A stretch of 64,000 bases of DNA from Candidatus Zhuqueibacterota bacterium (GCA_049322915.1 JBMOPW010000026.1:160001-224000); one strand, 5' to 3'. Shown: positions 1 to 9,976, counted from the first letter of the stretch. Notes: generated from the sequence alone by a model not told the origin. Made by a program: numbers and translations.

Positions 1-1
1 G

Positions 2-379
2 AATGAGCGTCGGAATTCCCAGCAGGTGAGCGGCGTAGACGACCGGTCCGCACACGTAGCCGCCTGTTCCCACGACCACATGGGGTCGGTAGCGAATCAG
101 AAAAAGGATTGATTGAACGAGACCCACCAACAACGAGAAGATGAACGTGAACGATTTGAGGCTCAGCTTCCGGGCAATGTACTCCACGTGAATGGTTTTG
201 AGCGGGTACCCTTCGCGCGGAACGATCTTTTCCTCGATTCGATTCTTTACTCCGACGAAAGTGATTTCCACGCCGGGCAGCGTCTGTCTGACTGCCTGCG
301 CAATGGCAATGCCGGGATAGACATGTCCGCCGGTGCCGCCGCCGGAGATTACAATTCGGTACTGCGTATCTTGCTTCAT
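2..379 (-). CDS. murG: Undecaprenyl-PP-MurNAc-pentapeptide GlcNAc transferase MurG (5' part; runs off the window edge)
   Basis: Manual translation from ATG at 379: MKQDTQYRIVISGGGTGGHVYPGIAIA ... GTGGYVCGPVVYAAHLLGIPTLI, containing both MurG G-loops. Not in the ORF track. Confidence 0.93.
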   Translation of the reverse strand, partial: MKQDTQYRIVISGGGTGGHVYPGIAIAQAVRQTLPGVEITFVGVKNRIEEKIVPREGYPLKTIHVEYIARKLSLKSFTFIFSLLVGLVQSILFLIRYRPHVVVGTGGYVCGPVVYAAHLLGIPTLI

Positions 380-635
380 TCCTATTCTTTCCATGTTTTT
401 CTCAACCCCGAAGTCACACAATTTTTATTGAGTATTGAACGATGACCAATTTGCTTGTGGTAAATTTTCAATTTCCTGATTCCCATTCCTTCGAGCCACT
501 GCGACTTCAAAGCGCCTCGATTTCTTTTTTTCAATCTAATAAAAATAATAGAATAAAATCAAGACAAATTTTCCGTTTTCAAATCCGTGAAAAGAAATTC
601 ATGTGAACGAAATTTCAGTTACTAAAATCTTTTCA

Positions 636-824
636 AACTACTCAGGTGTTCACTATGTTGAAATGTGATGGAAGCGGCTGAATTCTTTAGCGCGCATCCA
701 CTATCACCATGCTGAAGCATGGCGCTGGTTCAACATTGTACCAACACAACGATGTATCGTGGTGTCCAAAAATCTACCGGCCAGCTAACCAGCAGCTTCA
801 GGAATACGCGAGCTGAGTAATTAC
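636..824. repeat. Short intergenic element with inverted termini (GTAA..TCAG family)
   Basis: AACTACTCAG (636-645) versus CTGAGTAATT(AC) (813-824), 9/10 complementary. Termini resemble those at 47270, 53726, 57708 and 38878. Confidence 0.5.
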
Positions 825-1016
825 ACAAAATATCATTCATAAAATCAAGGGTGTAGGCCTTCACTGCACTGTATTTTCAAACAACACCTCCGATGTACAA
901 GAACGTTTAGCGCTTTTAAATTTCCAAAATAGCACAACATAATTTAACTGTTGAAGTTGGCCTGGCTCGTTCGATTTTATTCGATCTGGAGTATAGAGCC
1001 CGGCGCCAAAAACGTC

Positions 1017-1045
1017 TTGATTTTTATTGGAAATAATTGTAGTAT
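1017..1045 (+). promoter_or_regulatory. sigma70-type promoter
   Basis: TTGATT-17 nt-TAGTAT upstream of the ATG at 1090. Confidence 0.45.
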
Positions 1046-1089
1046 TAACTTCCGCTAATTCCTGGATGGATTATCATATAGGTTTACAG

Positions 1090-1866
1090 ATGCATGCTCA
1101 GCTTTATTTTATTATTTCTCTGATGCTCGTTTCATCGGGCCGCGCGCAGCAGGGTCAACCAGCCTCGGCTGGGAATTTTGTCGGGGAGCGGTTGGAATTT
1201 CAGATGCAATATTTGAATATGTCTGCGGCAACATTAGTGTTTGAAATGCGCGAGGATTCGAATTTTTATCATCTCAGGGTCGCGGCAAAATCCACTGGCA
1301 AGGCGACGATTTTTTTTTCTCTGGATAATGTTTACGAAGCAATGCTGATGAAACAGAATCTGCTCCCGGTGCGAATTGAAAAAACAATCCGGCAGAAAAA
1401 TATCGCACGTGATGTCGTGATCCAATATGACCACGAAACAGGCATTGCATCGCTGGCGGATTCAGTTCGCTGGCCCATTCCGGCTGACTGCTATCACTAT
1501 TTTTCCATGCTCTATTTCTTTCGAACGATAGCCTGGGACCAGGTCGATTTGCAGCGATTGCACCTCGACTCCGAATATATTATCTCGGCGGTCGATGTTT
1601 CGTTGCAGCCTGAGCCGGAACTGACGACCACGCCGGCGGGGCAATTCAGCACAAGACGCCTGGAACTTGCCTTTACGCCACAGTCGGACGAGGCGCGCCC
1701 CTGGAAGACGGACTTGCTCACCAATCGGTTGGCGAAACCAGGATCCGAGGTGACATTTTGGTTCAGCGACGATGAGGCGCGATTACCCGTGAAAATATCG
1801 TACGGCAATTCAGCAGTCAAAACTGTCATTGTGTTAACTTCATTCTCGCGAGGGGCTCGGAATTGA
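1090..1866 (+). CDS. DUF3108-like exported protein
   Basis: Signal peptide, GERLEF-type N-terminus and FWFSDDEARLPVKI C-terminal motif. Start moved from 1027 to ATG 1090. Confidence 0.7.
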   Translation: MHAQLYFIISLMLVSSGRAQQGQPASAGNFVGERLEFQMQYLNMSAATLVFEMREDSNFYHLRVAAKSTGKATIFFSLDNVYEAMLMKQNLLPVRIEKTIRQKNIARDVVIQYDHETGIASLADSVRWPIPADCYHYFSMLYFFRTIAWDQVDLQRLHLDSEYIISAVDVSLQPEPELTTTPAGQFSTRRLELAFTPQSDEARPWKTDLLTNRLAKPGSEVTFWFSDDEARLPVKISYGNSAVKTVIVLTSFSRGARN

Positions 1867-3005
1867 TCGTTTCGTTGGGCGTCATGACTCTGGCGTTTCT
1901 CTATCTCATCTTCTCCCTTTTCATCCGCCGTGGAATAAAAGACTACCCGCAGACTGAGCGGAACGACCGCTCTGTCACCGTCATCGTTTCGGCTCGCAAT
2001 GAAGCTGGCACGATTCAGGCATGCCTGGAATCGCTGGCGGAACTGGACTACCCACGCGATCTCCTGCAGATCATTGTCGTGGACGACAGATCCGAGGACA
2101 ACACCCGCGCCCTGATTGCAGAGTGCATTCGGGGAAAATCCCAATTTCGTTGCCATGCAGTGGCGGCGTGCAATCCAGAATTGTCTGGCAAGGCCAATGC
2201 AGTGGCCAGGGCGATGAAATCGAGCGTCGGCGAAATCGTCCTGATTACCGATGCCGATTGCACCGTCCCGCCACAGTGGGTTCGAACCATGACTTCCTAT
2301 TTTACGCGCGACGTGGGCATGGTTGCCGGGTTCACGCTTGTGAATCACTCGAATCGCTTGTTCGCAAAACTGCAAGCCTTTGACTGGGCGTATCTGTTGG
2401 CTATCGGCGCGGGCGCTGCCGGACTGGGCCGGCCTTTGAGTTGCATCGGCAATAATTTTGGGTTCCGGCGTTCTGTGTACGAAGAGGTCGGCGGATTCGA
2501 GGCCATCGGATTCAGCGTTGCCGAAGATTTCGCCCTGCTCAAAACGATAGCGGATACAACGCGCTGGCGCATCGTTTTCCCTGTCGACCGGGAAAGCCTG
2601 GTAACGAGCAAACCCATTGCGCGGCCGGGCGATTTTTTCTCGCAACGAAAACGCTGGATTCTGGGCGGAAAGTCGGTTCATTGGTTTGGCAAAATCCTGA
2701 TTTCTCTGAGCGTCCTCGCCCATTGGGCGATTGCCGGCGCGCTGTTGATCGGCGAGCCGCTGACAGTCTTAGCCAGTGCGGCGCTTGCTCTGTTCGCTGG
2801 GGACATGCTCGCGCTTCAACCGGTCGTATCGCGGCTGGGCCTTAAGGATATGCTGAAATTATGGCCGTTGTACAAGCTATTTTTTCTGGCCTATTCCGTG
2901 GGATTATCGGCCATCGTGCTGGCCAGCCGCAAAGTGGTCTGGAAAGGCGTGGCGTATACGGCGCAGCGCGTGGTTTTGAAAAATACTATTCGTGGCAATC
3001 GATGA
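1863..3005 (+). CDS. Membrane-bound glycosyltransferase family 2
   Basis: SARNE, VVDDRSED, GKANA, TDAD, AEDF and QRKRW motifs; C-terminal transmembrane helices. Confidence 0.9.
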   Translation: MIVSLGVMTLAFLYLIFSLFIRRGIKDYPQTERNDRSVTVIVSARNEAGTIQACLESLAELDYPRDLLQIIVVDDRSEDNTRALIAECIRGKSQFRCHAVAACNPELSGKANAVARAMKSSVGEIVLITDADCTVPPQWVRTMTSYFTRDVGMVAGFTLVNHSNRLFAKLQAFDWAYLLAIGAGAAGLGRPLSCIGNNFGFRRSVYEEVGGFEAIGFSVAEDFALLKTIADTTRWRIVFPVDRESLVTSKPIARPGDFFSQRKRWILGGKSVHWFGKILISLSVLAHWAIAGALLIGEPLTVLASAALALFAGDMLALQPVVSRLGLKDMLKLWPLYKLFFLAYSVGLSAIVLASRKVVWKGVAYTAQRVVLKNTIRGNR

Positions 3006-3961
3006 AGCCGATCCTGTGTTTTTACTACATCACCTATCGCTGCAACATGAAATGCAGCTACTGCGACATCTGGAAAAAGGGTCAACGTCCGAATGCCAGG
3101 GATAGTCAACTTCGTGAGGTGGCGGATAATCTGCCTCAGCTACGATCGCTGGGAATTCGATTCATCGATTTCACCGGCGGCGAGCCGTTGCTCCATCCTG
3201 ATCTGCCGGCAATGCTGGCGCTGGCGAAAAAATTGGGATTCCGAACCACGGTGACGACCAATTGTTTGCTCTATCCGCAGAAGGCGGAGTCGCTGAAAGG
3301 GCTCGTGGATTTTCTCCACTTCTCTCTGGATTCTCTCGATGAAGCTGACAACAATCGGTTGCGTGGGAAGAATTCGTTTGTCAGTGTAATGAAGAGTATC
3401 GAAATCGCAAAGGAATTGGGGGAGCGTCCCGATATTCTGTTCACGGCAACAATTTTCAATTTCAAAGCCATCGATAATTTGAGCCGCTTTGTGGCAGAGC
3501 AAAAACTGATGCTGATTGTCAATCCGGTTTTTCGCTACGGCAGCCAGGAAATCCTGAATGATGCGATGCTGGATTATCTGGAGAAATTCAAACGCAAGCC
3601 GTATGTCTATGTCAATAAAGCGTTTCATCGCCTGATTCGAAACGGCGGCAACGATACGACGAACCCCCGCTGTCGCGCGATCTCTTCGACCATCGTCATT
3701 TCGCCTGCGAATGAAGTGATCTTGCCCTGTTATCATTTCGCCCAATTGTCCATTCCCATTCGAGGCAACTTAAAACAGATTCGCGAATCGAAAATGGTAA
3801 CGTTACTAAAAAAACAGCAGGGAAGTTTTCCCTTTTGTCAGGGCTGCACCGTCAATTGCTATTTCGATCCTTCGTTTCTGTACAAACTGGACAGCTATTT
3901 TTGGTTGAGTTTGATTTCGAAGGTGAAGTATGGGGTTGATAAATATGTGAGGTTCAAATAA
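3002..3961 (+). CDS. Radical SAM protein with C-terminal Cys-rich (SPASM/twitch-like) domain
   Basis: CNMKCSYC, TGGEPLL and a C-terminal C..C..CQGCTVNC pattern. ATG 3002 overlaps the GT2 stop codon (ATGA). Confidence 0.88.
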   Translation: MKPILCFYYITYRCNMKCSYCDIWKKGQRPNARDSQLREVADNLPQLRSLGIRFIDFTGGEPLLHPDLPAMLALAKKLGFRTTVTTNCLLYPQKAESLKGLVDFLHFSLDSLDEADNNRLRGKNSFVSVMKSIEIAKELGERPDILFTATIFNFKAIDNLSRFVAEQKLMLIVNPVFRYGSQEILNDAMLDYLEKFKRKPYVYVNKAFHRLIRNGGNDTTNPRCRAISSTIVISPANEVILPCYHFAQLSIPIRGNLKQIRESKMVTLLKKQQGSFPFCQGCTVNCYFDPSFLYKLDSYFWLSLISKVKYGVDKYVRFK

Positions 3962-4122
3962 CTGCCTTGCGGCGTATGGAATTTCGTCAGGCGTTTTCAT
4001 TGCTGTGGAAAAGATAAATATTGATTTTTAGAAAAAATATGGGCATATTCATAAGTGATAACAGATAAGAACTGTACTGCTATTCAAATATGTTACAAAT
4101 TTTCGATTACAGGATTCAACTA

Positions 4123-4285
4123 ACCTGAATTATTCATGAACTTGCTCAGAATTTGAGTCAACATTCAGATTCTCAATTAGCTAAAAGCTAAGCTATTTTG
4201 AAACTCAATTTTTGTACGTTTATTCTAAAAAGAACACCATTCAGGTTAGCCAGCCTCCTTTAAAAATAATATGAATAATGCAGGC
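4123..4285 (+). mobile_element. 163-bp MITE-like element, copy 1
   Basis: Terminal inverted repeats ACCTGAATTATTCAT...ATGAATAATGCAGGC flanked by TA/TA. Near-identical copies at 4829-4991 (inverted) and 38710-38872. Confidence 0.85.
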
Positions 4286-4288
4286 TAA

Positions 4289-4608
4289 ATGTCTGAATTT
4301 TTCGATTTAGCCTTAGGTGATATACGAGACTGGGAAATTATTTACAGAATACATGCGACCAAGCGTATGTACAAGAGAAATATCGAAGAAGAAGATATTA
4401 TATTCCTGCTCGAAAATGGTAAAATAATTGAACGATATGAAGAAGATTTTTCGTTTCCAAGCGTCTTAGTTAATGGGCAAACATTGGGGAAAAGGCCAAT
4501 GCACACAGTGGTTGGAATAGATCACAAAGACAAGAACTCTACTTCATCACCGCTTATGAGTCTGATTCCCAAAACTGGACGGATGATTTTTCACGGAGAA
4601 TTTCATGA
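4289..4608 (+). pseudogene. DUF4258-family putative toxin, frameshifted near 4535
   Basis: HATKRMYKRNI...IIERY motif. The family-like C-terminus LYFITAYESDSQNWTDDFSRRIS* is in the -1 frame (4537-4608) and ends in the ATGA overlap with the next gene. Confidence 0.75.
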
Positions 4609-4829
4609 AATGCGCGATTTGTAAAAATGGATATACTTCCAAAGGGCGAATTACGGTTGTTTTAGACAACGACCAAACTACACTTGTTTTTAAAAATGTT
4701 CCAGCGGAAATTTGTGATAACTGTGGTGAAGAGTATGTTTCATCTGAAACAAACCGAAAATTGCTTCAACTTGCCAGGGAAGCTTCGGACCGTGGGGTCT
4801 CTCTTGAATTGTTGAGTTATGCTGCTTAG
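4605..4829 (+). CDS. YgiT-type zinc-finger (MqsA-like) antitoxin
   Basis: MKCAICKNG ... KNVPAEICDNCGEEY; typical partner of DUF4258. Confidence 0.88.
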   Translation: MKCAICKNGYTSKGRITVVLDNDQTTLVFKNVPAEICDNCGEEYVSSETNRKLLQLAREASDRGVSLELLSYAA

Positions 4830-4991
4830 CCTGCATGATTCATAGTATTTTTAAAGGAGGCTGGCTAACCTGAATGGTGCTCTTTTAAGAGTAAACGTAC
4901 AAAAACTGAGTTTCAAAATAGCTCAGATTTTAGCTAATTGAAAATCTGAAAGTTGACTCAAATTCTGAGCAAGTTCATGAATAATTCAGGT
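4829..4991 (-). mobile_element. 163-bp MITE-like element, copy 2 (inverted)
   Basis: Reverse complement of 4123-4285, flanked by TA (4827-28) and TA (4992-93). Its first G completes the antitoxin TAG stop. Confidence 0.85.
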
Positions 4992-5102
4992 TAGTGCTTG
5001 TGTGGCCGGATAACAGAGAATTTTAAATTGAATATCCTCGACAAAAGGTTTTACCGCAGTGACTTTCCAAGATAAAGATTAAATATTTAGCCACCAAAAC
5101 AC

Positions 5103-6725
5103 ATGAAAAATTTTTTCCCTGAATTTTTATTCCCCATCATTCTCTACGCTGAAACGCATTACAAATTCAAGGGAATTTACAGCCGCTTTTTCAAGCGCGA
5201 GCCGGAAATCATTGCCGATGCGCCCATTCGGGTGGAACCAGGTCAGGCGATCCCTGTGGTGCTGCTGGTGAAAGACGCGTTTCGCTACCCCATTCGATTG
5301 AAATCGGTGACTATCGAGCTTCGTCAGGGTGATGCCGTCTTGCAGAAACATGATTTTTTATTGAACGAAAATCTGGACTCGCAGCGCTATTGGCATCGTC
5401 TGTTTCATATCAATGCGCCGCAGGGCGTGGCCGGTGGGATTGAAATCGATGTCATCATTCAGATTGAAATCAACGGTCGAACAAAGACCTATCGCAATGA
5501 CAATTACCGAATTTCATCCCATCTGCCGCTGCGGGTTCACCTGGCCGCCGATTCCCTGCCGCGGTTCCCTGGCTGGCATTTTGGCGATTTTCATTATCAC
5601 AGCAATTACACCGAAGATCAGGTGGAATTTGGAGCGCCGCTGCCTGTCGCTGCGGAAATGGCGCGGGCCATGGGGCTCAGCTTTTTTGCGGTGACAGACC
5701 ATTCCTACGATCTGGACGATCGCGAGGATTCGTGGGTGATCAATGACCCGGCATTGCCCAAATGGATGAGGCTCCGGGAAGAAGTGGCTGCGTTGAATGC
5801 CCAATTCAGCGGGTTCGCAATCCTGCCTGGAGAAGAGGTTTCTGCCGGCAATAGCCGAAATCGAAACGTGCATCTGCTCATTATCAATGACCCCCGGTTT
5901 TACTCCGGCAAAGGTGACGGGGCCGAGCAATGGTTCAGCACCGCGCCGGATCTGGCTATCCCTCAAATCCTCGACGCAATGGCGCCGGAGGCATTGGCGC
6001 TGGCAGGCCACCCTGAGATGCCATTCCCCTTCTTGCAATGGCTGCTCATCCGACGCGGACGCTGGGGCGCAGCCGATTTTGCCCACGCCAGATTGCACGG
6101 CATGCAGCTCTGGAATGGTGAGTTTGACCAGTCCTTTCATCGCGGATCGACAAACTGGATCCGCATGCTGCTGGGTGGCCGACGCATGGTGATCGTCGCG
6201 GGCAATGACGCCCACGGCAATTTCAATCGGTTCCGGCAGATTGGCTTTCCCTTCTTCACCATGCGCGAGACCAACGGCCAGTTGTTCGGAAAAATGCGCA
6301 CAGCCGTGCAACTGACCGGGGAAGTCAGCGTCCCGAACATCATCGGGGCGGTCAAAAAAGGCGCTGTTCAAATCACGACTGGTCCGGTGGTGGATTTGAC
6401 AGCGCGCAATGAGCGAGGGGAGAATGCGGGGCCAGGTGATGAAATCGCCGGACGCCGATTCGAAATTATCTGCAAAACCAGGTCGACGCCGGAATTCGGG
6501 AAATTGAAACAGGTGAGAATCATTCTGGGCGAATTGGGGCAGCGCAGGGAGCGGACTCTGCTGGAAAGGGACGCGTTTCAGTCCCCGTTTGACGATGAAG
6601 TGCAAGTTGGGCTGTCCGAGCTGACCGGCGCATCGTACATCCGGGTTGAAGTGACCTCAGAAATGGTCGATCAGGTTGCTGGTCGCTGCTTTTCCAATCC
6701 AGTCTGGTTTAACAAAATAAAATAA
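5103..6725 (+). CDS. PHP-fold metallohydrolase (CehA/McbA-like)
   Basis: GDFHYHS, AVTDH, GEEV, HLL, AGHP and GNDAH metal-binding motifs; ends in FSNPVW. Confidence 0.75.
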   Translation: MKNFFPEFLFPIILYAETHYKFKGIYSRFFKREPEIIADAPIRVEPGQAIPVVLLVKDAFRYPIRLKSVTIELRQGDAVLQKHDFLLNENLDSQRYWHRLFHINAPQGVAGGIEIDVIIQIEINGRTKTYRNDNYRISSHLPLRVHLAADSLPRFPGWHFGDFHYHSNYTEDQVEFGAPLPVAAEMARAMGLSFFAVTDHSYDLDDREDSWVINDPALPKWMRLREEVAALNAQFSGFAILPGEEVSAGNSRNRNVHLLIINDPRFYSGKGDGAEQWFSTAPDLAIPQILDAMAPEALALAGHPEMPFPFLQWLLIRRGRWGAADFAHARLHGMQLWNGEFDQSFHRGSTNWIRMLLGGRRMVIVAGNDAHGNFNRFRQIGFPFFTMRETNGQLFGKMRTAVQLTGEVSVPNIIGAVKKGAVQITTGPVVDLTARNERGENAGPGDEIAGRRFEIICKTRSTPEFGKLKQVRIILGELGQRRERTLLERDAFQSPFDDEVQVGLSELTGASYIRVEVTSEMVDQVAGRCFSNPVWFNKIK

Positions 6726-6807
6726 ATTGAAATTCACGGGATCGTAACCTGTTTTAATTTCAATTGGTAAACTCATTTCAGGCAGGGGATGACAGCAGAA
6801 AAACCGC

Positions 6808-6836
6808 TTGATTTTTTAGAAATTAAAAATTATATT
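6808..6836 (+). promoter_or_regulatory. sigma70-type promoter
   Basis: TTGATT-17 nt-TATATT. Confidence 0.6.
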
Positions 6837-7116
6837 AGCACTGGCGATTGAAGAAAAATTTAAATGACCGGCAACGGTCGTTGGCGTGTAAGTCATCCTG
6901 ACGCGAGAAGAAATTTTCAGCGCGGAGCTGAAGAAAGTTGGCGAGGAGGGGATTTCAGACCGAGCCAAAACGAGGCGGGCGCCGAGCCTGTCGCCCGGGA
7001 TGAAGGAATACTGGCAGGTTTGTTGGGCACGTTAATCCAATTGTTCAATCCGACGAGAAATTGCAGGCAGCCTGGCATGTCATCTGAACGGACTGACTTA
7101 AATGAAGGTGTAAAAG

Positions 7117-7596
7117 GTGAAGGATTTTGCAGAAGAAGATTTTACCATTTCGCCGGAATTGTTGAAAATAAATGAACGGCAAATCGCCATTCTGGATCAG
7201 GAAAACACGGATGGCGAAGGCTGGGATTATTATTGCAATGGTCAGGTTGTTCGGGCGACAATGTATAAAAACAGGATAGTCGGAACTGTGCGGGAATTGC
7301 TTGAGACCTTTGACGTGGAAATAAAGGTGGAGCAAGACGAAATTATCACCTCGTGCAGTTGCGGCACCAAAGCGGGAGTTTGCAAGCATACGGTCGCTTT
7401 CCTTTATTCCTGGGTGAACGACCGCAGTGATTTTCTCAATGTCGGAAGCTCGATAAAGAAGCTGTACAAAATGGAGAAGAGTGAACTCATCGACATTATT
7501 GGTCGTGTGATTCAGAACGATCCGACGAACGTGAGGTTCTTTTTCAACAACGCACTTGACGAAGACGAACTGGATATTGAAGGCCTCATTGAATGA
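7117..7596 (+). CDS. SWIM zinc-finger protein
   Basis: SCSCG...VCKHTVA matches the SWIM CxC-xn-CxH motif. Confidence 0.85.
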   Translation: MKDFAEEDFTISPELLKINERQIAILDQENTDGEGWDYYCNGQVVRATMYKNRIVGTVRELLETFDVEIKVEQDEIITSCSCGTKAGVCKHTVAFLYSWVNDRSDFLNVGSSIKKLYKMEKSELIDIIGRVIQNDPTNVRFFFNNALDEDELDIEGLIE

Positions 7597-7618
7597 ATGC
7601 AATGGTTTTTTATGTGAA

Positions 7619-7657
7619 AGCCGTTGGAATGGTCTTTTATTCCACCGGCTTTTTTTT
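7619..7657 (+). terminator. Rho-independent terminator
   Basis: AGCCGTTGGAAT/ATTCCACCGGCT stem followed by a T-run. Confidence 0.8.
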
Positions 7658-7788
7658 GTGTTGCGCCACAGGACGATGGCATTCTTTTTGCAAAATTGTT
7701 AAAAAAATGTTAATAGTCCGATTGAGGTGAAGAAAGGCATACTTTAATTCATCATTATATTTTCTGAAGATACGATAAAAGTGGAAAG

Positions 7789-9864
7789 GTGACTATGACG
7801 AGGAATCTCACGAAACTGCATCGGTTATGTATCGTTTGTATGGCAGTATTACTGGTGACATGTCTCACCATAATACAGGGTTACGGGCTGGTTGTCAATG
7901 AAACTGTTTTTCCGGTGCCGGAAAATTTGAAGCCCAATATCCAGTTCTGGATTAAAGTTTTCACGCTCTACAATAGCGATCAAGTCATCATTCACGACAC
8001 CGAGAATCTCGAGCGTATCTATAAAGTGGTGGATACCAATGAGATTTTGAACAATCCATCGGCCTCATCGCGGACCAAGTGGCGCGAAGTTGATAGAGTA
8101 AAAAATCAATACAAAGAAATTTTGTTGAAATTGGCCGGCATGCCAAAAATCGAGCCGGATAAGCTTGATAATCAGGAACGAATGGTCTACACCATGTTTG
8201 GCGAAAATGCAAGTCCGGCTGAATTTCAACGCGCGGCAGGGAACATCCGGGGCCAGCAGGGATTGCGCGACCATTTCCGGAAAGGGCTCATTCGCTCCGG
8301 CATGTACGCTGACCATATCAAGAAAATTCTCGAAGAAAATAATCTGCCGGCGGATATCATTGCATTGCCGCACGTTGAATCGTCTTTCAACTATCAGGCG
8401 TATTCCAAATTCGGCGCGGCCGGCATCTGGCAGTTCACGCGGAGCACCGGAAGACGCTTCCTCAAAATCAATTACACCGTGGATGAACGGTTCGACCCAT
8501 TGAAAGCAACGGAAGCCGCAGCCAGGTTATTGAAAGAGAATTACGAAATTTTGGGAACATGGCCGCTCGCCATCACCGCATACAATCATGGTGTCAATGG
8601 AATGAAACGGGCGGTGAGTGTCCACAACACAACGGATTTCGGCTACATCGTGGATAATTATGAGAGCCGGAATTTCAAATTCGCTTCGAGAAATTTCTAC
8701 GCTGAATTTTTAGCGGCCGTCGAGGTTCGGAAGAATTATCGGATATACTTCGGCGAGCTTGAATTCGATTCGCCGAAACAGTATTTGACGTTCACCCTTC
8801 CCGGTTATGTGAAGTTAGCGACATTGGAACAGCGCCTGGGCGTTTCCCGGGAAGAAATCATGGATCTGAATCCATCGTTGCGCAGAAGCGTCGTCACGTC
8901 ACAACGGCGCCTGCCGGCAGGTTTTGAACTGCGCATACCGTACCGCGAAAATTTTGATCCCGATGCTGTTTACGCGCAGATCCCGACTCAGGAGAAATAT
9001 CAGGAACAGGTGGCGACTAACTGGTATCAGGTGGAGGGTGGTGATAATCTGCAGGACATTGCCCGGCGATTTAATATGACGGTCGCAGAAATTATGGATT
9101 TGAATGAAATCCAGAATCCTCACCAACTGTACGAGGGACAGGTGATTCGAATCAAAGCTGAAGAACCGGTCGTGGCGGAGAAGAAAGCTGTTGGGACTTC
9201 GGAGGAGACGGTTGTTCCGAGCAGCGAGGTGAAGGTTGCACTGGCGGAAGTGAAAGATGAAGAAATTATCACCAGTCCCGGTGAACTGACGCAACAGACA
9301 GGTCCATTCGCCGGCAATAAACTCGACATCGAAAAGCCGGATCAAATCGCCCCGGCAGTCCAGAGAGCGCTACAGCCTGCGCCCATAATTCCCGAGCCAG
9401 GTGAGGCAGCGCTGGAACGCAAACAGGTGAAACTGCTTGAGCCAGGGCTTGGCGTCATCTACGTCCAACCGGAAGAGACGCTCGGTCATTACGCAGATTG
9501 GTTGAAGATACCCACCCAGGAATTGCGCGATTTGAACAGTCTGGATTATGGCAGAGATATTCAGTTGGGACAGAAAATTAAACTGGCATTTCGCGAAGTA
9601 ACAGAGAAAGATTTTCAGCGGAAGCGGATGGAATTCCATCGGGGCATCGAAGAGGACTTCTTCACGTCATTTCGGGTGGAAGGCGTGGTTGTCCATAAAA
9701 TACGACGCGGCGAAAACATCTGGTATTTGTGCAATCAGGTTTATGAAATTCCATACTGGCTGGTGCTGAAATACAATCCAAATCTTGACCTGGTTCGTTT
9801 GACGACAAAAGACGAGCTCATTATACCGATTGTCGAAGCAATTACCACGAGCGAAGCGAGCTGA
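7789..9864 (+). CDS. MltD-like lytic murein transglycosylase with LysM domains
   Basis: HVESSF, AAGIWQF and TAYNHG SLT motifs; LysM repeats (YQVEGGDNLQDIARRF, HKIRRGENIW). Confidence 0.9.
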   Translation: MTMTRNLTKLHRLCIVCMAVLLVTCLTIIQGYGLVVNETVFPVPENLKPNIQFWIKVFTLYNSDQVIIHDTENLERIYKVVDTNEILNNPSASSRTKWREVDRVKNQYKEILLKLAGMPKIEPDKLDNQERMVYTMFGENASPAEFQRAAGNIRGQQGLRDHFRKGLIRSGMYADHIKKILEENNLPADIIALPHVESSFNYQAYSKFGAAGIWQFTRSTGRRFLKINYTVDERFDPLKATEAAARLLKENYEILGTWPLAITAYNHGVNGMKRAVSVHNTTDFGYIVDNYESRNFKFASRNFYAEFLAAVEVRKNYRIYFGELEFDSPKQYLTFTLPGYVKLATLEQRLGVSREEIMDLNPSLRRSVVTSQRRLPAGFELRIPYRENFDPDAVYAQIPTQEKYQEQVATNWYQVEGGDNLQDIARRFNMTVAEIMDLNEIQNPHQLYEGQVIRIKAEEPVVAEKKAVGTSEETVVPSSEVKVALAEVKDEEIITSPGELTQQTGPFAGNKLDIEKPDQIAPAVQRALQPAPIIPEPGEAALERKQVKLLEPGLGVIYVQPEETLGHYADWLKIPTQELRDLNSLDYGRDIQLGQKIKLAFREVTEKDFQRKRMEFHRGIEEDFFTSFRVEGVVVHKIRRGENIWYLCNQVYEIPYWLVLKYNPNLDLVRLTTKDELIIPIVEAITTSEAS

Positions 9865-9890
9865 ACGAACGCTTCATAAAAAAAATTCAG

Positions 9891-9934
9891 ACCGCTGATT
9901 GATGAGCGCATCCATCGATCAGCGGTTTTTTTTT
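9891..9934 (+). terminator. Rho-independent terminator
   Basis: ACCGCTGATTGATG/CATCGATCAGCGGT stem followed by a T-run. Confidence 0.85.
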
Positions 9935-9976
9935 AGGAGTGTCAGGAATGTGCCCGTCAAGAACCTGAAAATTTTA

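Noticed and set aside
113..445. 110-aa ORF on the + strand
   Set aside because: Antisense shadow of murG.
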